A stretch of 63,881 nucleotides of DNA, the filler included, from Octopus bimaculoides (Eukaryota): assembly GCF_001194135.2 (NCBI RefSeq). It is 4 parts of 4 records of this genome, joined end to end, with 100 filler letters (N's around TTAATTAATTAA, not from the genome) between each part and the next. Parts side by side here need not be neighbours in the genome. Positions count along the whole stretch, not along the records: positions 47,656 to 61,616 come from NC_068984.1; positions 61,717 to 63,881 come from NC_068994.1; 2 more parts are not named here. The stretch is one strand, 5' to 3'. This document shows, in pieces, positions 59,431-63,881 of this stretch (position 1 is the stretch's first letter; every line of letters starts with the position of its first letter). Below the pieces are notes generated by a model. That model saw nothing but the letters and a program-made list of their open reading frames with translations, was not told where the DNA came from and ran no database searches. Made by a program: the position numbers and the translations under genes.

Positions 59431-59989
59431 ACATGGTAAAAGAAGAAACACATTTACAAACTACTTTTTGAATTTCAGAAAATAACTTTTGTCTTGCAGT
59501 AAGCCAAAAGTTTTTATAGTACAGCATATTATCACAATTCTTTACATTGTTAGCATGCGTCTGTATATTAAGACGCCTAATATACATGCATTAACAATAT
59601 TATCCTGTTCAGCTTAGGGATAACTTTCTTTTATTCTAATATCATTCGTGTATTCTCTGTTTAATGAATAACTACAAATTACTTTATACAATCTATGATA
59701 TTTCACAGAATATGGTAATGTATTATTTATTGCTTCTTTCTTTTTTATTAGTATATTTCTAAATTATTCTTAGTATAGTTATCGAATTTTTACGTTTTAA
59801 GATGAGTAACATAAGTTGTCGTAAAATGTTTACTTACCATGATATAAAAAAATCTTAACTTTCCAATTCTTTTAACTATCTGTTCAGTGCTTTACACACA
59901 CTCAACCAATTCAATGATGTGAAGATACAAACACCTAACTAACAAAACAACTTGGTATACATGGTTTATATATGTTTGCATTTTTGAAT

Positions 59990-60195
59990 TGTGGTACAAA
60001 GCTAGCAGTTTTGGAAGAGCAGTAAGTCGATACAATCGAACCCAAAACTTTAGCAGTGTTCCCTTTCATCGATTCCGGAGTGATGGAGTCCAAAGTCGAT
60101 CCCAACAGTATTTGAACTCAGAATATAATGAATCTATAGAATTATCGCAAGGAATTTTGTCCGACGCTGTAATGATTCTGCCACCTAATCGTCTT
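59990..60195 (-). mobile_element. Degenerate SINE family C
   Basis: aagtcgatacaatcgaaccc..caaagtcgatcc..atttgaactcaga..atgattctgccac. Confidence 0.6.
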
Positions 60196-61577
60196 GGAGC
60201 CGAACATATAATACCTCTATAAATTATGAGCATAAAGGGTTATGAAATATACCTTCTATCTTTATTAATCTGAAGTATTTAACTCTTGTAACTACTATTT
60301 GTAAGTCTTGTCTAAGTATCAGTTTTAGTTTATTTTCTCTTTTTAATACTAATTTGACTAAATCCAGATAATAAAACACTACCTCTATAACTAAAGTGAT
60401 AAATTTATTTCATTTATATTCATTAGATTCTAACTGATCTCTACACAACAAAGTCCATTCAGGTATGCATGTTTATTTGATAGCTGCATCAGCAACATGT
60501 GTGACTATATAAACCTGTCTGTGTGTGTATTAATTATATGTATTATGTATGTATGTATGTATGTATGTATGTATGTATGTATGTATGTGTATATACATAT
60601 GTGCGTGTGTATATATATATATATGTATATATTTGTGGAAAGATGGTGTCCTTTCACTGAAATGTATTTCATATCGATTAATCTTCCTGGGATTTCTTCA
60701 TATGTGTTAGTACTAGTGTTTATTGATAGTTCTTCTTCGATAGTTGTGCTTAACAGTTATAAAGTTCCAGTTCTCATTATGGATGTTTTCATCTATCCGA
60801 TATAAGAAACAGAATTTAATAATATAACATAAAGAAAATGGACAGTGTGAACAGAGAAAAATCAATTTATTTATATAACAATCAATTTTATGTCACCTAC
60901 GCACGTTTCGATTCCCACCTTCATTAATATTTTACAATTGAAATTTCATTATGAATTTAAAAGGCAAGATTCTTTTCATGCCAAGATTGACATATTCATA
61001 TATATTCATTTAAATCCTAATGGATGGAGAGCTCTTTACATACTGAATGTGTCTCTTTGGATTTCGTTCTAAATATAGCTAGAGGTTAAAGTACGACCAT
61101 AGTGGACAATGACTGATTGCAGTCGTTACAAACTACAGCATACTACTATTCACCCTTAATGGAATTTAGATGATTTTTCTAGAGGCTGGCTGGCACTCTT
61201 CTACCTACTCACTTGTCAGTAGAATAGAAATAAGAACAAAAATAAAAATAAATATATTAATAAGTATCCAGATCTATATAATTATTTAACATCTATTCAT
61301 TTAATTGTGACTATTTCAATTTTTATTCTTATACTTTTTTGCTCATTCAGAAGTATTAGTCTTATTTGTTGATAGCTTGGGTTATTATATATATTTCTAA
61401 AAATTAGTTTCTATGTATTTTTGATGGGGATACTATTCACTACGTATCACATATCTGGCGCTACATCATTTTCAAACGGTTGGGATGCGTTTCACTTTAA
61501 GATTTGTTCCTATATATATTTTGACTTTACCATACACGAAGTATTTTTTAAATATGATATATTAATTAAATTCTATT

Positions 61578-61616
<39 letters not shown>

Positions 61617-61761
61617 NNNNNNNNNNNNNNNNNNNNNNNNNNNNNNNNNNNNNNNNNNNNTTAATTAATTAANNNNNNNNNNNNNNNNNNNNNNNNNNNN
61701 NNNNNNNNNNNNNNNNAAATTCTGTTATAATTTTATAATTAAATATTTTAAAGTAATTGTG

Positions 61762-61960
61762 CTCTTTTACTTGCTTCAGTCATTTGAATGCGGCCATGCT
61801 GGAACATCGCCTTTAGTCGAACAAACCGACCCCAGGAATTATTCTTTGTAAGCCCAGTCCTTATTCTATCCGTCCCTTTTGCCAGACCGGTAAGTTACGG
61901 TGTCGTAAACACACCAACATCTGTGTCAAGCAATGGTGGGTAGACAAACACAAACACTCA
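61762..61960 (-). mobile_element. SINE family A 3' half
   Basis: cttttacttgcttcagtcatttgaatgcggccatgctggaacatcgcctttagtcgaacaaaccgaccccagga. Confidence 0.85.
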
Positions 61961-61968
61961 AATACATA

Positions 61969-62044
<76 letters not shown>

Positions 62045-62047
62045 GTT

Positions 62048-62080
<33 letters not shown>

Positions 62081-62208
62081 ATATATTTTTTTATTTATAT
62101 TATATGTATACGTGGGTGAGGTTTAAGAGGAGTTGTGAGTGTTGAGGTCACCAATGTCTTCAGAGAGGTACGAAAGGTGGGAAGTGGGATTTATGTGGTG
62201 AACAGTGA

Positions 62209-62270
<62 letters not shown>

Positions 62271-62789
62271 NNNNNNNNNNNNNNNNNNNNNNNNNNNNNN
62301 NNNNNNNNNNNNNNNNNNNNNNNNNNNNNNNNNNNNNNNNNNNNNNNNNNNNNNNNNNNNNNNNNNNNNNNNNNNNNNNNNNNNNNNNNNNNNNNNNNNN
62401 NNNNNNNNNNNNNNNNNNNNNNNNNNNNNNNNNNNNNNNNNNNNNNNNNNNNNNNNNNNNNNNNNNNNNNNNNNNNNNNNNNNNNNNNNNNNNNNNNNNN
62501 NNNNNNNNNNNNNNNNNNNNNNNNNNNNNNNNNNNNNNNNNNNATATATATGTATATATATATATATACATGTATGTATGTATGTATGTATGTATGTATG
62601 TATGTATGTATGTATAAAATAACAATAACAAATTGACTATACACGGTGGTGGAAGGAAGTGAGAGTGAGTGTGGTTGATAGATAACAAATCATCATGTTT
62701 ATGTAGATATTCTACCTTAAAGGCGTTGTTTCCATGTCAAAATATGATTTTTAAGGAGATGAAGATCACAGAACTTACGTGTTTGACTT

Positions 62790-62865
<76 letters not shown>

Positions 62866-63881
62866 ACATATATATATATATACGCTCATAAACAACTGCT
62901 CATAAACATACATTTGTGCATGTATATCAGTATAGACTTGTATAAGCTACACATTTAACTATTCACATCTCGCCCCACAGACACACATATACACACACAC
63001 GTACGTAGACACACATACACTTGCACATGCACAAATTTGCACAAATACGCACGTGCACGCACATATACATGGAGAACGCTTACGTTCACAGAATCATGTG
63101 TGTGTGTGTGTGTGTGTGTGTTTGTGTGTACATTAAAGATAACCTACACCGAGCGAGAAAGATGCATGTAGGAAAGCAAAAAAAAGATATCTTTAAAAAG
63201 TTTTGAATCAAAACAAAAATGGTTGAAAAAATACATGTTAGGGAAGATAAATGAAATGAAAGAAAGAAAAATGATTGACACAAGTATGAGTAAGAGGAAT
63301 GAAGGCGAGATTTTATAAGAGAAAAATAGGGTTAGAAAAAGTCTCTGAAAACATAAGAGAATAAAAGGGAAAGCGAATATTTGAAATATGTAGGGCGACG
63401 AAAACGAGCAATAAGGTGAAGTGACGAGAGCGATACAAAGCTGGAGAACGAAACTCATATATTGAAGTATGGTTGTAGAGAGTTATAAAGGAAAGAAACG
63501 CTGAGAGGGTGGATGGTTTAATAGAAGATTCAGACTGTAGAACGAGCGGGGATTGCTCTGTGGTGAAGGCGTTTATGATATGTCAGAATGTTTAGGTGGT
63601 TAGCGAGAGATAATAGAAGTATGGAAGGGAATGGAAACAAAAAAAACTGGGTTGGATGAGTTAGGGATGGTGGAAATAAAAGGAAAGCGATAAAAAAATA
63701 CAAACAAAACAAAATGAAAAGCGAAGAAAAATAACGAGAACTTGAGAAAAATTTGAAGGAGGATATTGACATCCATGTAATATGATGTGATGCCGGATAA
63801 AGCATCGTTAGGGATGGTGACGTATCATGTAAAATGTATAAATAACAATGTTTATTTATATTATTTATATGCATCTGCATA

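Noticed and set aside
62105-62200. Minus-strand EDIGDLNTHN as a LINE apurinic endonuclease motif
   Set aside because: A single short motif between repeats and a gap is insufficient.
63140-63881. Purine-rich plus strand with long minus ORFs
   Set aside because: The ORFs are F/L/S-rich low-complexity translations. It is possibly an old LINE, but no diagnostic motif was found.

Overview
This is an AT-rich metazoan draft-assembly window. The SINE families and extreme microsatellite density look like an octopus (coleoid cephalopod) genome; that is recognition of repeat families, not a database result. I find no host protein-coding exon, rRNA, true tRNA gene or CRISPR array that I can support. Almost all ORFs in the track are microsatellite or N-gap artefacts or decayed transposon pieces. 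The window is a transposon graveyard. DNA elements: a Helitron relic interrupted by a maT/DD37D Tc1-mariner element, Chapaev3-like, MULE-like, three mariner and one Tc1-like relic, and MITE/foldback palindromes. Non-LTR retroelements: several R4/Dong-like restriction-endonuclease elements sitting in (AAT)n or (TACA)n tracts, a HERO-like element, an RTE with a 5' inversion, a CR1 3' end and several Penelope-like elements (PLEs). There are also at least five modular tRNA-derived SINE types. The most interesting signals are: (i) PLE-linked hammerhead ribozyme motifs, including a repeated non-canonical core (CUGU-N-GAA) and a structured hammerhead-like/pseudoknot region in a HERO-like 3' UTR; (ii) an R4-like family that appears tied to (TACA)n repeats; (iii) a 460-bp palindrome with old outer arms and a near-perfect core; (iv) a twin-priming-type inversion in an RTE; (v) a compact GC-box/RFX X-box/CRE-like/CCAAT promoter-like module at 34.1 kb. 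Three 100-bp gaps carry an artificial TTAATTAATTAA linker, so adjacency across them is unreliable. Family names come from motif recognition by eye. Element boundaries are approximate unless TSDs or TIRs are quoted.
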